Below the pieces are notes generated by a model. The model did no database searches and was not told the origin of the DNA. It saw only the letters and a list, made by a program, of their open reading frames with translations. The position numbers were made by a program, and so were the translations under genes. Positions 14,020 through 26,997 of a DNA stretch of 64,000 nt are shown here, piece after piece. The stretch comes from Octopus vulgaris (Eukaryota), in contig OX597843.1 of NCBI GenBank assembly GCA_951406725.2, positions 12,958,001 through 13,022,000 of the forward strand, given 5' to 3'. Within the stretch, counting starts at the first letter, position 1; each line of letters opens with the position of its first letter.

Positions 14020-14960
14020 CCTAGAAACTACAACCTAGAGGACAAGCCTTGTCCTGGAAGATCTGTAGAGCTTGACGAGGATGTCCTGCAAACCCTGATG
14101 GAACAAAATCTCATCGTAACTTGAGGAACTAGCAGAGAAGCTTGGATTTGGTCATTCAACCTTTCATCGATACCTGCGTACCATCGGAAAAGTCAGTAAA
14201 TTGGGTCAATGGGTTCCTCACAATCTTTCCTAGTCTAATGCTGTGCAGAGAGTGAATGTGTGCCCTTCTTTGCTGTCAAGCCTCACGAATGAACCTTTTT
14301 GGGACTGAATAGTGACTGGTGTCGAGAAATGGGTTCTCTATAAAAATGTCAAGCACTGAAGACAGTGGGTAGGGAAAGGAGAAACACTGGCACCCCAGGC
14401 TAAAGATGTTCTTCACCCTGGTATGGTGTTGTTATCTGTTTGGTGGGATATGAAAGGCTTAGTCCACTTTGAACTTTTAAACCCAAACCAAATGATAACA
14501 AAGGAGATCTGTGAGCAGCTTGAGTCAATGCTAGAAGGAAAACAACCATCTTTGGTTTCATGATGAAAGGTGTTCTTCCATCAGGATGATGCTCGGCCAC
14601 ATACAGCGAGGATGACATTCCAAGGGCTGGAGCAATTTGAATAGGAAATGATGCCTCACCCACCAACTTCACTGGACACTGCCCCATCTGATTATCATTT
14701 ATTCTGCAGGCTTTAAAACCATTTGGACAGAAAATAATATAAATTCTGTAGATGAGGTCAGAACAGTACTGGTGGAGTATTTTTCATCACGGACAAGTGA
14801 ATTTTGAAAGAGGAGCCTTGCAAGTCTACCAGATAGATGGAAGAGCATTGTAGAAAATGAAAGAGAGTATATTTTAGATGAAAAAAGAACTTTGTTTACC
14901 TTAATTTTGAAAAATAAGAGAAGTATAAAAAAACCACATTATTTATTGGATGTCCCAATA
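14020..14960 (+). pseudogene. Decayed mariner transposase
   Basis: Interrupted frames carry WVPHNL, IVTGVEKWVL, LSVWWD, HQDDARPH and APSDYHLF motifs. A TIR-like end ...GTCCCAATA lies at 14960. Confidence 0.85.
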
Positions 14961-15384
14961 CTTAGTGGTATTTCACCTGTCGCTACATTCTGAGTTCAAA
15001 TTCCACTGAGGTTGACTTTCCCTTTCATTCTTTCAGGGTCAACAAATTAAGTACCAGTCAAGTGCTAAGGGGGTGCAAACCCATGTCCTAATTTTTTTTA
15101 ATGAAAAATGTGAACTTTTCCAATGTTAACATTAAAACAAATGCAGGTATAATAATAATTTTTATTATTATGAGGGTCGGCTGAAATGTTCATAATCTGA
15201 GCAAGACACTCTCAATGGAATGGGACCAAATGAAGTTCATTTTCTAACATAGTTCCTCTTACTGTCCACACACTTCCATTAGTAGTTGCAGTGCTTGGGT
15301 CGCACTGGTGAAGAAGCTTTTCTGTTGATCAAAATGGTCATCAACAACAGATAAGATGATCTCATCATAGTATATGTGTATATA

Positions 15385-15895
15385 TCATCATCATCATCAT
15401 CATCGTTTAACGTCCGCTTTCCATGCTAGCACAGGTTGGACAATTTTGACCGAGAGCTGGCGAACCAGATGGCTGCACCAGTCTCCAATCTCGATTTGGC
15501 AGAGTTTCTACAGCTGGATGCCCTTCCTAATGCCAACCACTCCGAGAGTGTGGTGGGTGCTTTTTACGTGCCACCTGCACGGGGGCCAGTCAGGCGGTAC
15601 TGGCAACGACCTTGTTCGAATCCTTTTACACAGGCTACCAGCACAGGTGCCAGTGAAGCGACGTTGGTAACGATCACGCTCGAATGGTGCCCTTTTACGT
15701 GCCACTGGCACAGAAGCCAGTTGGCTGCTCTGGCAACGATCACACTTGGATGGTGCTCTTGGCACCCTACTAGCATGGGCAAAAGTGCAGTAAGGCGACG
15801 CTGGTAACGATCATGCTCGAATGGTGCCCTTTAAGTTCCACTGGCATGGAAGCCAGTTGGCTGCTCTGGCAACGATCACGCTTGGATGGTGCTTC
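15385..15895 (-). mobile_element. (GAT)n-tailed non-LTR repeat, family C (also at about 1500-1745, 23540-24108, 56170-56495, 58400-58805)
   Basis: Shared TTAGGAAGGGCATCCAGCTGTAGAAAC motif and GGACGTTAAACGATGATG tail. The tail matches the RTE fragment at 52 kb. Confidence 0.8.
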
Positions 15896-16097
15896 CATTT
15901 ATATATATATATAAATGGAATAGAAATGTCTTACAACATCATTCCGTAACTTACAACCTCATTTCCCTATCCAACCTCGACAGATTGTCGTCTCATCCAC
16001 TTTACATTTCCTAAGTGCTTGTAATTCTGATTTGAGAAATTCATTTGATGATCTGTTGATTAATCAACGTGTCCCTGCTCACTTATCTCCTTGGTAA

Positions 16098-16218
16098 ACC
16101 TGATGAGTTGGGAGTTGCATAAACACATCGTGTAATCTAATGAATGTTGTTCATACTGCATACCTGACAATACTATGCTTGTGTCACAATAAAGAGCCTT
16201 AACGAAACAATTGTAGAA
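16098..16218 (+). ncRNA. Hammerhead motif with a degenerate stem I
   Basis: CUGAUGA (16100-16106)-GUUGGG..CUUAAC-GAAA-CAAUUG-UA^. Stem I is only about 1 bp. Confidence 0.5.
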
Positions 16219-16785
16219 AAATCAGATGTCCCACATTCGTCTGTTTTTATTACATATATATATATAAATATACAATACAAACAAGGTGAGATTTTTTTGA
16301 AGGCAGCTATGCCATTAGAACAGCAGAAATAATGGATGAATTAGCCTTATAAAGCAGAAAATGTTGTCGGTAAACAGCCATGGGACTTGAACCCACATCT
16401 GCCAAGACTCCAGTTGAGTTCTTTACCATTAAGTTAAACTGCCCGCTGACAAATTCATTTGTCAATTGAGATGCTATATAGCTTATTGAACTATCACGCG
16501 TGTATAAATATAAACATACTTTACATTTATTTATATTCAAAGCATTGAAATGGGTATTGTACAATACGAACAGGGTGATATTATTTCAAACACAGAATTG
16601 GCGTTAGAACAGCGAAAATAATGGGTAAATTAGCCGCAAAAGGTGGTAAAAGTTGTCAACAAACACCATTTTAATGCTTCTCATAAAAACAAATGCAAGT
16701 TTGTTTATATTTACACATAAATATATGTGTTTGTGTGTATATATATATATATAATCAAAATAAGCAACAAGGATATCCAAAGGTA

Positions 16786-16875
16786 ATGCAGTACGATCGT
16801 TTCATGCGACTTCATTTAGTTAAACAATGCAAGTATTACATCAGTTTTAAAATGTAGACCAATCTTCAGCTGCAT
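16786..16875 (-). ncRNA. Hammerhead motif with a weak stem II
   Basis: Minus strand: AUGCAG-CUGAAGA-UUG..CAU-GAAA-CGAUCG-UA^CUGCAU. Stem I is a perfect 6 bp; stem II is poorly paired. Confidence 0.6.
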
Positions 16876-17244
16876 ATAAATATAGAATTACTTGCAATGT
16901 TTAATTAAATGGAGTCGCATGAAACGATCGTACTGCATTACCTCTGGATATCCTTGTTGCTTATTTTGATTATAATCACCTTATTTTAAATTATATGGAT
17001 AATACCATACCAAATTCTGGTGCCTTTAACTTAAGTACCATATTCAACAGAATCTAAATTTTTACTAAACTTATATATATATATATATACACACAAATAT
17101 AAGAGGGGGTCCACTATGTGGACGCTCTTGCGCTAAAAATAGCTCCGCAATGGTCTCAACCACCAAGAATTGTTCCCAAGGAGAATTAGCACAACTATGA
17201 ATGTAAACGAGCAGGACAAATGAAAAATAACAAAAATGTAGATT

Positions 17245-17323
17245 AATTCTAGACAATTGTTTCACTGTTAATGGATTATGCAATGTTACTTACATAATAG
17301 ATCCACAGCTCATCAGTAGAATT
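17245..17323 (-). ncRNA. Type I hammerhead ribozyme (canonical core)
   Basis: Minus strand: AAUUCUA-CUGAUGA-GCUGU..ACAGU-GAAA-CAAUUG-UC^UAGAAUU. Stem I 7 bp, stem II 5 bp, palindromic stem III, GUC triplet. Confidence 0.88.
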
Positions 17324-17450
17324 CGTCATGAATATAATTTATTGAACCGCACGCCACATTTTAACATAAAGCCAAACACACGTGTGGTTCAGTCTATTAT
17401 ATTCACAGTTATGATTCGAATACCCTCGTTATATGTGTGTATATATATAG

Positions 17451-17481
<31 letters not shown>

Positions 17482-17585
17482 CCGGAGTAAACACATAAAT
17501 GTGAAACAAGGTGGAAAAAAGAGTACTCAAATACCAGTGGTAGAGTAATATGCTTTATTTAACGCGGCCGAAAATTCAACAAAAC

Positions 17586-17623
17586 CTGTTACTCTGAGTT
17601 TCACGTTGCCGTTCATCGGACAG
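17586..17623 (-). ncRNA. Minimal hammerhead motif (U4C core variant)
   Basis: Minus strand: CUGU-CCGAUGA-ACG GCAA CGU-GAAA-CUCAGAG-UA^ACAG. The inverted twin at 17725-17762 has a damaged core (CCGCUGA). Confidence 0.7.
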
Positions 17624-18079
17624 TTTTTGCTAGACAGTTTTTTCTAGACAGTTTTTGCTAGACAGTTTTTGCTAGACAGTTTTTGCTAGACAGTTTTTTC
17701 TAGACAGTTTTTTACTAGCAAAAACTGTCCGCTGAACGGCAACGTGAAACTCAGAGTAACAGGTTTTGTTGAATTTTCTGCTGCTTTAAATAAAGTATAT
17801 ATATATATATATATAGAAATTCAGGGTGAGTACTTGATAATTGTAAGCACCTGTATATACCGTTTGGTGGTGTAGGTGGTGGAGTAAATTAATCAAAATA
17901 AAAATATAACATGAATCCTTGGCATCATGTTTTTATATATATATATGTAGGTATATAAGCTAGAATAATATAGAGAAAATAAAGTAATAGGAATGTATAT
18001 ATGGGTGAATTATATATATTTGGGTAAATTCAAAGGAAGATAGAAGAAAAAGCATAATGTGGAGTATAATTGAAGAAAT

Positions 18080-18309
18080 TTAAGGCCTCCAGGTTAAAAT
18101 GCAAGTATTATTCCTCTGGGGACTTTGGCAGTTAAGGATTTCGTCATTGTAGACCATTACGTTTGGTTTCTGGGGGCATATTTCTTGTGTAAACTTGCCA
18201 TATGTGCATTGGAAGTAGCGGCGGCAGTCTCTGGAGTAGGGCCATCGCATCAGAGAGTTTGGATTGGTCCTGCATATTTTCTGGTAACGTACTTCTTCGG
18301 GGCTTGGAA
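18080..18309 (-). CDS. Gene B last exon: CBM14 domain 3
   Basis: gtgttccag acceptor, phase 1. Reads IC..WPYSRDCRRYFQCTYGKFTQEICPQKPNVMVYNDEILNCQSPQRNNTC..*. Spliced CDS is 786 nt, 261 aa. Confidence 0.88.
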
Positions 18310-18636
18310 CTGGAACACATAAAAAGGTGGGGGGGGAAATGAAAATGGTAGAATGTAAAACAAAAAAAAAAAAAACATATTTGTATATTTTTACTTCTAT
18401 TGCTCTTTGCTCTCTTTTCACTCGTTTACTTGTTTCAGTCATTTTGACTGTGGCCATGCCGGAGCACCGCCTTTAGTCGAGCAAATCGACCCCGGGACTT
18501 ATTCTTTTGTAAGCCCAGTACTTATTCTATCGGTCTCTTTTGCCAAACCGCTAAGTGACGGGGACGTAAACACACCAGCATCGGTTGTCAAGCAATGCTA
18601 GGGGGACAAACACAGACACACAAACACACACACACA

Positions 18637-18684
<48 letters not shown>

Positions 18685-19284
18685 TACGACAGGCTTCTTT
18701 CAGTTTCCGTCTACCAAATCCACTCACAAGGCATTGGTCGGCCCGGGGCTATAGCAGAAGACACTTGCCCAAGATGCCACGCAGTGGGACTGAACCCGGA
18801 ACCATGTGGTTGGTTAGCAAGCTACTTACCACACAGCCACTCCTGCGTTTATGATAGTTAAAATAAAATATATTCAAGATTTAAATCGTCCAACCCATGG
18901 TAGCATGGGTTGGACAATTTAACTGAGGGCTCGCGAACCAGATGGCTGCACCAGGCTCCAATCTTAAACGCTGCCAGATCAAGATTGGAGCCTGGTGCAG
19001 CCATCTGGTTCGCCAGTCCTCAGTCAAATCGTCCAACCCATGCTAGCATGGAAAGCGGATGTTAAATGATGATGATGATGTTGATTTTAATCTTGAAATT
19101 AGCGAATTCGTAATTAATGTGGTGTCTTTTTGAAATATCTTTTCACTGGCCTGCTTTCAATTGCATGTATCTATGGAGTTTTTCTCGGTAGCTTCGTAAT
19201 ATTTAAATGTTCATTTAGCATGGAGAAGAAAGAACATGTTTGACTTTCTCTCTTAATATAATTATATATATATGTAATTATTAA

Positions 19285-19321
<37 letters not shown>

Positions 19322-19326
19322 TATGA

Positions 19327-19362
<36 letters not shown>

Positions 19363-19534
19363 AAGTAGATAAATGAATTATCTTATTACGGATAATTCAA
19401 ATGATAACCGATACCTGGGTAGCAAAAATCACAACAGAATATAAAGGAATATAAAGGAATAATATAAAGGAATTTTGTAGAAAATAATATAAAGGAATTT
19501 TGTTAAATCTTCATTCAGCTCCATTTCTTCCTAC

Positions 19535-19572
<38 letters not shown>

Positions 19573-19600
19573 TATATACATGTATTCATATGTATATGTA

Positions 19601-19642
<42 letters not shown>

Positions 19643-19763
19643 TGTATATATATTCGTATATATATACAAGACAAAAAAAATTTTTTTAATATATATCTAT
19701 ATGAATATATATATAAATACATATATATATATATGAATATATATATATATATGAATATATATA

Positions 19764-19806
<43 letters not shown>

Positions 19807-20081
19807 GAATATATATACATATGAATATATATATATGTGTGTATATATATGAAATATATATATGTGTATATATATGTATATATATATGAATATATATGAA
19901 ATATATATATGTGTATATATATGTATATATATATGAATATATATGAAATATATATATGTGTATATATATGTATATATTTATGAATATATATGAAATATAT
20001 ATATGTGTATATATATGTATATATATATGAATATATATGAAATATATATATGTGTATATATATGTATATATGTATGTATGT

Positions 20082-20233
<152 letters not shown>

Positions 20234-20379
20234 TCATCATCATATATATATATATGAATATATATATGTAGATATATATGTATATATATATGTATATATA
20301 TATGAATATATATATATTTACATATATCAGTTGGTTTAGGTCTGACCTGTTACTACATATCTTTCTCTCTCTCCCTCTC

Positions 20380-20427
<48 letters not shown>

Positions 20428-20471
20428 CTAAAGAGAAGAAGCAAAATGGAAAACCCGAAAGATATCCTCAC

Positions 20472-20702
20472 CGATTTTTTCTCCAAATGGCGGCGTAAGA
20501 GGACAATTTGCATTCTTCTCGATGACACAGTTCTGGGGTTCAAACTGGAAGAATAAGTTCCCTGGAGAGCTGGGACAAGTCTTGCGACTCAGCGTCTTCC
20601 CCTCACATTCAAAATACTTTGTACAGTCATAAGGATGTGGCCAACGGATGATGCTTGTGGTGCCAAACAAGTTGCAGTGGAATCCATACCAGAAATCATA
20701 CA
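20472..20702 (-). CDS. Gene B coding exon 3: CBM14 domain 2
   Basis: ctcttacccatag acceptor, G|GTGAGG donor, 231 nt, phase 1-1. Reads [42 protein letters not shown]. Confidence 0.88.
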
Positions 20703-20827
20703 CTATGGGTAAGAGAGAGAGAGAGAAAGATGGAAAGTTAGATAGGTAGGTAGATGGGGGAGTAGGTAGGTGGGTAAAATGGTAGACAGACAAGACAGAC
20801 AGATATATATATATATATATAGATATG

Positions 20828-20871
<44 letters not shown>

Positions 20872-20882
20872 CAGACAGATAG

Positions 20883-20923
<41 letters not shown>

Positions 20924-20978
20924 TAGATAGATAGATGGATAGATAGATAGATAGATAGATAGACAGACAGGCAGATAG

Positions 20979-21090
<112 letters not shown>

Positions 21091-21113
21091 GGATAGATAG
21101 ATAGATAGATAGG

Positions 21114-21210
<97 letters not shown>

Positions 21211-21280
21211 GGATAGATAAATACACAGATAGACAGATACATACATACATAGATAGATAGATAAATAGAGAGATAGATTT

Positions 21281-21313
<33 letters not shown>

Positions 21314-21379
21314 ACAGAGAGATAGATAGACAGAGATAGATAGATAGATAGACAGACAGACCGATAGATAGATAGATAA

Positions 21380-21925
21380 GTTTCTTTATTGGCCACACAG
21401 GGCTGCACACAGATGGGACAAGTTACAAGGTAGAGCTTTTCTTTTGGGGGATGAAAAAAACAAAAAACAAAAAACAAAAGAAACAAAAAAAAGGGTGGCA
21501 TAGGTTTTCGATCAAAAGGAATAGTAAAAGGGAAAAAAAAGAACAAAAAATAAAAAAAATTAAAAAAAGAAGAAAAAGAAAAGGAACAAAAGAAAAGAGA
21601 AATGAAAAAAAAAAGAAGAAAAAAGGGAAAAAAAGGGGAAGAGGAAAAAAAAACGATCAATAGAGATCGTGTATCACAGTGTTATGATGTATGGTGTAAA
21701 AGGGGAAGTAAGGTTTATCCGTGGAAAGAAAAGCCTACGAAAAAGACTACGGTAACCTTGGTCAATATTGTTATATGTTACCACATTTGTTTGCAAGTGG
21801 GTAACCCTCTGTTTTCAATTTCTGGGTTCATAGGATTATCCTCAAGGTGGCTTCGTCATTCATACGTGCCATCCTTGCTACATTCACCCATCTTTTTTTA
21901 AAACGTTCGCTAGACAAAACTTGCC
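21380..21925 (-). mobile_element. Second copy of the same LINE 3' end, embedded in (TAGA)n
   Basis: [22 protein letters not shown] on the minus strand, with the same terminal CAGCCCTGTGTGGCCAATAAAGAAA. Confidence 0.55.
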
Positions 21926-21966
21926 TAGATAGGTAGATAGATAGATAGATAGATAGATAGATACAC

Positions 21967-22013
<47 letters not shown>

Positions 22014-22104
22014 CAGATAGATACACAGATAGATAGATAGATAGATAGATACACAGATAGATAGACAGATAGATAGATAGATAGAGATAGAGAGAGAGAG
22101 AGAG

Positions 22105-22148
<44 letters not shown>

Positions 22149-22404
22149 GGATAGATTGACAGACATATATACATACATAGGTAGATGGTAGGTGGGTAGT
22201 TAAGTAGGTAGTTAAGGTAGGTATGTAGGTAGGTATGTAGGTGGGTAGGTAGGTGGGTAGGTAGGGCCCTTCTTAACACCAACCCCTTTACAGAGTGTGC
22301 TGGGTGATTTTGATGTGGTGTTGTCTTTGATTATAGACCTGGTGGAGTAGGAATGCCCAGGGTTTAAAAACAACAACTATAACAAACATAAAAGCATTAC
22401 TCAC

Positions 22405-22695
22405 GTCTAAGGATCTCCTTTTTCACAGGGGACATAGTAGTTGGCAAGCTCTGTGTAGTCGTAGGGAACGCGGTGGTGGCGACAGTGACAGGCCCTTTGT
22501 TTGGTCGGTAACCACAATCGACATTGAACGGGAAGTCACATAATCCAGTCAAAGCGTTGAACAGGGTGCCATCGACACAAACCCTGTGTTGCACCTGGTT
22601 ATTGATACACTGCAGGAAGCCGTGGCAGTTGGAAGCATCAGCAATCTGCACATACGGAGGGAGCCCGCATGGTTGGCCTGAGGCCAGGATTGAAC
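22405..22695 (-). CDS. Gene B coding exon 2: CBM14 domain 1 plus Thr-rich linker
   Basis: ttttcag acceptor, C|GTGAGT donor, 291 nt, phase 1-1. Reads PC..SNCHGFLQC..RVCVDGTLFNALTGLCDFPFNVDC, then TVATTAFPTTTQSLPTT. Confidence 0.92.
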
Positions 22696-22805
22696 CTGAA
22701 AATACAAGATACATTTATCTTCCTTCTTTTATATAAAAATAAATTTCTTCACATTTGCTTCTTATTATTTTACACAAGAAGCAAATATATATGTGTGTGT
22801 GTGTG

Positions 22806-22855
<50 letters not shown>

Positions 22856-22950
22856 ATGAGAAAGGCGCAATCCAGAGAGGAGTGGACAGCATGCTGTGAC
22901 CAGCGGTGTCAAACGGACGCCTGACGGACTGGTCGGTCAAGGTGATCAAA

Positions 22951-22986
<36 letters not shown>

Positions 22987-23101
22987 CATATATATATATA
23001 TATTCCATTTTCCTTCCGGTCATTCAAAATGTGACCGTGTGTGTACCATTGGCGATTTTTCTTCCTGTGTCTTCCCTTCTCTGGATCATTCCTTCTCCTA
23101 T

Positions 23102-23136
23102 GTTTCCGACGAAGAGCTCCGCTCGAAACGTTAAAC
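23102..23136 (+). ncRNA. Ultra-minimal hammerhead motif in a roughly 200-bp repeat (second copy at about 3840-4022)
   Basis: GUUU-CCGACGA-A-GAGC UCC GCUC-GAAA-CG-UU^AAAC. The copy at 3889-3923 has core CCAACGA (G5 lost). Confidence 0.55.
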
Positions 23137-23239
23137 CCTCCTTCTTTACTGAGCGTCCAATAATACTATATTTGTTCCACGTCCTCGCGTTGTGTTTTTT
23201 TGTGCTTTCTTGTTTGGATTAACTATATATATATATATA

Positions 23240-23308
<69 letters not shown>

Positions 23309-23446
23309 TAGTCTCCTTGTGTGTGTGTGTATATATATATCTACATATAATACACCATGTACATGACATCACCAACGAGAGAAAAATATGTAGACACATG
23401 AGCGATAAATACAGGACAAATTACCATGATTATATGTATATTTATA

Positions 23447-23486
<40 letters not shown>

Positions 23487-24835
23487 CTGTTGTGCTTGGG
23501 GCGAGTCATTCTCTTTTAGTGCCTTATTATTTAACACACTCACCAGGTGGGCTGCATCCACCACATTCAGATGGTGCCTTTTATGTGCCACCAGCACAAG
23601 AGCCAGTCAGTCGGGGGTGAGGGGACTGCCATCAACCATGTTCGGATGGTACTTTTTTACATGCCACCGGCACAGGGAACCACTGAAGGCAGTGCTGGCA
23701 TCAGCCACAACTACAATTTACAATAAAGACATAGGAATCGAAATTGAACTAATCCTATGACTGGCACCCGGCAGTTGCCAGGACCCCTGGACTGGTGGTA
23801 CGTAAAAAGCACCATCCGAATCGTGGCCGATGCCAGTGTCGCCTCGACTGGCTTCCGTGCCGGTGGCACGTAAAATGCACCAATACGACCGTGGCCGTTG
23901 CCAGCCTCGCCTGGCACCTGTGCAGGTGGCATGTAAAAAGCACCCACTACACTCACGGAGTGGTTGACGTTAGGAAGGGCATCCAGCTGTAGAAACACTG
24001 CCAGGTCAGACTGGAACCTGGTGCAGCCTTCTGGCTTCCCAGATCCCCGGTCAAACCGTCCAACCCATGCTAGCATGAAGAACGGACGTTAATCGATGAT
24101 GATGATGACATATTTTGTAGGACATGTCACCAATGCCACACTAAAACATTCTCTTTTAACAGAACAGATTAACCTTTTGCTTGTTCAGTGTATCACATCT
24201 TATTTACAGAACCTATTTCCTTGGCATCCATCTATCATATGACACACATTCCCAATTTTCCGGCTGTGTGGTAAGTAGCTTGCTTACCAATCACATGTTT
24301 CCAGGTTCAGTCCCACTGCGTGGCACCTTGGGCAAGTGTCTTCTACTATAGCCTCCGGCTGACCAAAGCCTTGTGAGTGGATTTGGTAGATGGAAACTGT
24401 TTATGTATATGCATATGTGTGTGTGTTTGTGTGTCTGTGTTTGTGCCCCCAACATCACTTGACAACCGTCACCGTCACTTAGCAGTTCAGCAAAAGAGAC
24501 CGATAGAATAAATACTGGGCTTACAAAGAATAAGTCCCGGGGTCGATTTGCTCGACTAAAGGCGGTGCTTCAGCTTGGCCACAGTCAAATGACTGAAACA
24601 AGTAAAAGAGTAAAAGAGCCATCAGAGTAAGTTTGGGCTTATGAAAGGAAAGCTTTACATTGCTCAGAACACATAAAAAAGGGGCTAACTAAGTGCCCCT
24701 GAAAACAAGCATGGACATTTAGGATCCCCTTATGAAAATGCTTTGGACAAGCAAAGGGTAAAAGTCACAGATAGTCTCACTCTAAAGGCATATTTTGTAT
24801 GACATATTTCACCAATGTCATGCTAAAACTGTTTC

Positions 24836-25257
24836 GGATCTTTTTGGTTTGAACGGCAGTTTTTTAAAAATAATTTCCACGTAACTAAAAAAAAATTTTA
24901 AACTTCGTATACTGGTAGAATGTGTTTATAAAACATCTTTTTTCTCTTGGCTTTATTGAGAAAATTCTATAGTTTGTAAGATATTTGTTGTTTTTTTTTC
25001 TTCAATTTCTGCAATTTCAACCAATCAATGACGTCCATTGAGATAAAAAAAACATTCTGTGCCGTATGAATATGTCCCTCGTTTAAGAAACAGATTGGGT
25101 TTATTTACATTTGTGAAGAAAAAAACGATACCCTCCCCCCCTAACCCTAACCCTAAAACAGATTGAAATGCAATAGATCGATACTAGGGTCATAATTATG
25201 GATGACAATTTCATGTGACATCGCTAGAAAAAACTGCTGTTCAAACCGAAAAGATCC
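24836..25257. mobile_element. MITE with about 28-bp TIRs and an 8-bp TSD (Merlin- or hAT-like)
   Basis: TIRs GGATCTTTTTGGTTTGAACGGCAGTTTTT / AAAAACTGCTGTTCAAACCGAAAAGATCC. ACTGTTTC is duplicated at 24828-24835 and 25258-25265. Confidence 0.88.
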
Positions 25258-25473
25258 ACTGTTTCTTCTGACCAAACTGCTTAATCTTTTGCCTGTCCTG
25301 TATATAACAGGACATATATCCCTGGTGTCCATGCATTATATGTAAAACACCTTGCTAGTTTTCCTCAACCACCAGAGTTAACTTAGGACTTAAGAAAGAA
25401 AAGCTTTTTATTGTTCAAAACGTTTGAAACAAAAAAATTAACTAAAAGTCTGGAAAAAAGCATGGATATTTAA

Positions 25474-25693
25474 CCCTTTAGTGTTCAGATTATTCTGTCA
25501 AATGTGATATTTGTTTATTTATATTGCTTTGAATTAATCATGCATTATCTTGTAGTTTAGGGATTTCAGTGATGTTATTTTTTAGTTTTAGAATGACATG
25601 GCAGGGCTGAGGTGAGAGGCGAGATCTGGTCAGTTTCAATATAAAACAGGTTAAATATTTTGGCAGGATATGGCCAGTTTGAATGCTAAAGGG
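25474..25693. mobile_element. piggyBac-type MITE
   Basis: TTAA|CCCTTTAGTGTTCA ... TGAATGCTAAAGGG|TTAA. Confidence 0.8.
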
Positions 25694-25904
25694 TTAAGAC
25701 AGAATTACGAAATGCTTCGGACACACAAGGGGTCAAAGTCACAGATAGTTATCCTATAAAGACTCATTTTGTATGATATACTTTGCCAGTGGCACACTAA
25801 AAGTGTCTCTTTTAACAGGACTGCTCAGCATTTTCCTTGTCCTGTGTACCATGTGAGAAATAGGACATACTTCTCTGGTGTCCATACATCATATATATTG
25901 TGGA

Positions 25905-26925
25905 AGCACTCCGTCGGTTACAACGACGAGGGCTCCGGTTGATCCGATCAACGGAACAGCCTGCTCGTGAAATTAACGTGTAAGTGGCTGAGCACTCCAC
26001 AGACACGTGTACCCTTAACGTAGTTCTCGGGGATATTCAGCGTGACACAGAGAGTGACAAGGCCGGCCCTTTGAAATACAGGTACAACAGAAACAGGAAG
26101 TAAGAGTGAGAGAAAGTTGTGGTGAAAGAGTACAGCAGGGATCACCACCATCCCCTGCCGGAGCCTCGGATGGAAGCACTCAGTTGGTTACGATGACGAG
26201 GGTTCCAGTTGATCCGAATCAACGGAACAGCCTGCTCGTGAAATTAACGTGCAAGTGGCTGAGCACTCCACAGACACGTGTACCCTTAACGTAGTTCTCG
26301 GGGAGATTCAGCGTGACACAGAGAGTGACAAGGCCGGCCCTTTGAAATACAGGTACAACAGAAACAGGAAGTAAGAGTGAGAGAAAGTTGTGGTGAAAGA
26401 GTACAGCAGGGATCACCACCATCCCTGCTGGAGCCTTGTGGAGCTTTTAGGTGTTTTCGCTCAATAAACACTCACAACACCCGGTCTGGGAATCGAAACT
26501 GCGATCCTACGACCGCGAGTCCGCTGCCCTAACCACTGGGCCATTGCGCCTCCACACATCATATATAATACATATTAGGGCAGCAGACTCACGGGCGTGG
26601 GATTGCGGTTTCAATTCCCAGATGGGGCATTGTGAGTGTTTATTGAGTGAAAACACCTAAAGCTCCATGAGGCTCTGGCAGGGGGTGGTGGCAAACCCTC
26701 TTGTACTCTTTTGCCACAACTTTCTCCCACTCTTTCTGTAGTACCTGTATTTCAAAGGGCCAGCCTTGTAACACACTGTGTTACACTGAATCTCTCCAAG
26801 AACTACATTAAGAGTACACCGTGTCTATGGAGTACTCAGCCACTTGCATGTTAATTTCACGAGCAGGCTGCTCCATTGATCGGATCAACTGGAACCCTCA
26901 TCATCATAACCGATGGAGTGCCATG
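25905..26925. mobile_element. SINE family D: partial tandem duplicate (271-bp period) on the minus strand plus an adjacent inverted copy
   Basis: Duplicated ORFs at 25948 and 26219. tRNA-like heads face outward, back to back, near 26480-26625. Confidence 0.8.
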
Positions 26926-26997
26926 ATAATACACATTACCAGTTTTTCTCAATCACCACCAGAGTAACTCAGGACTTAAAGAAAAGCTTTTCATTAC

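Noticed and set aside
16375-16440. tRNA-like A/B-box sequence on the minus strand
   Set aside because: No complete cloverleaf; more likely a degenerate SINE head.
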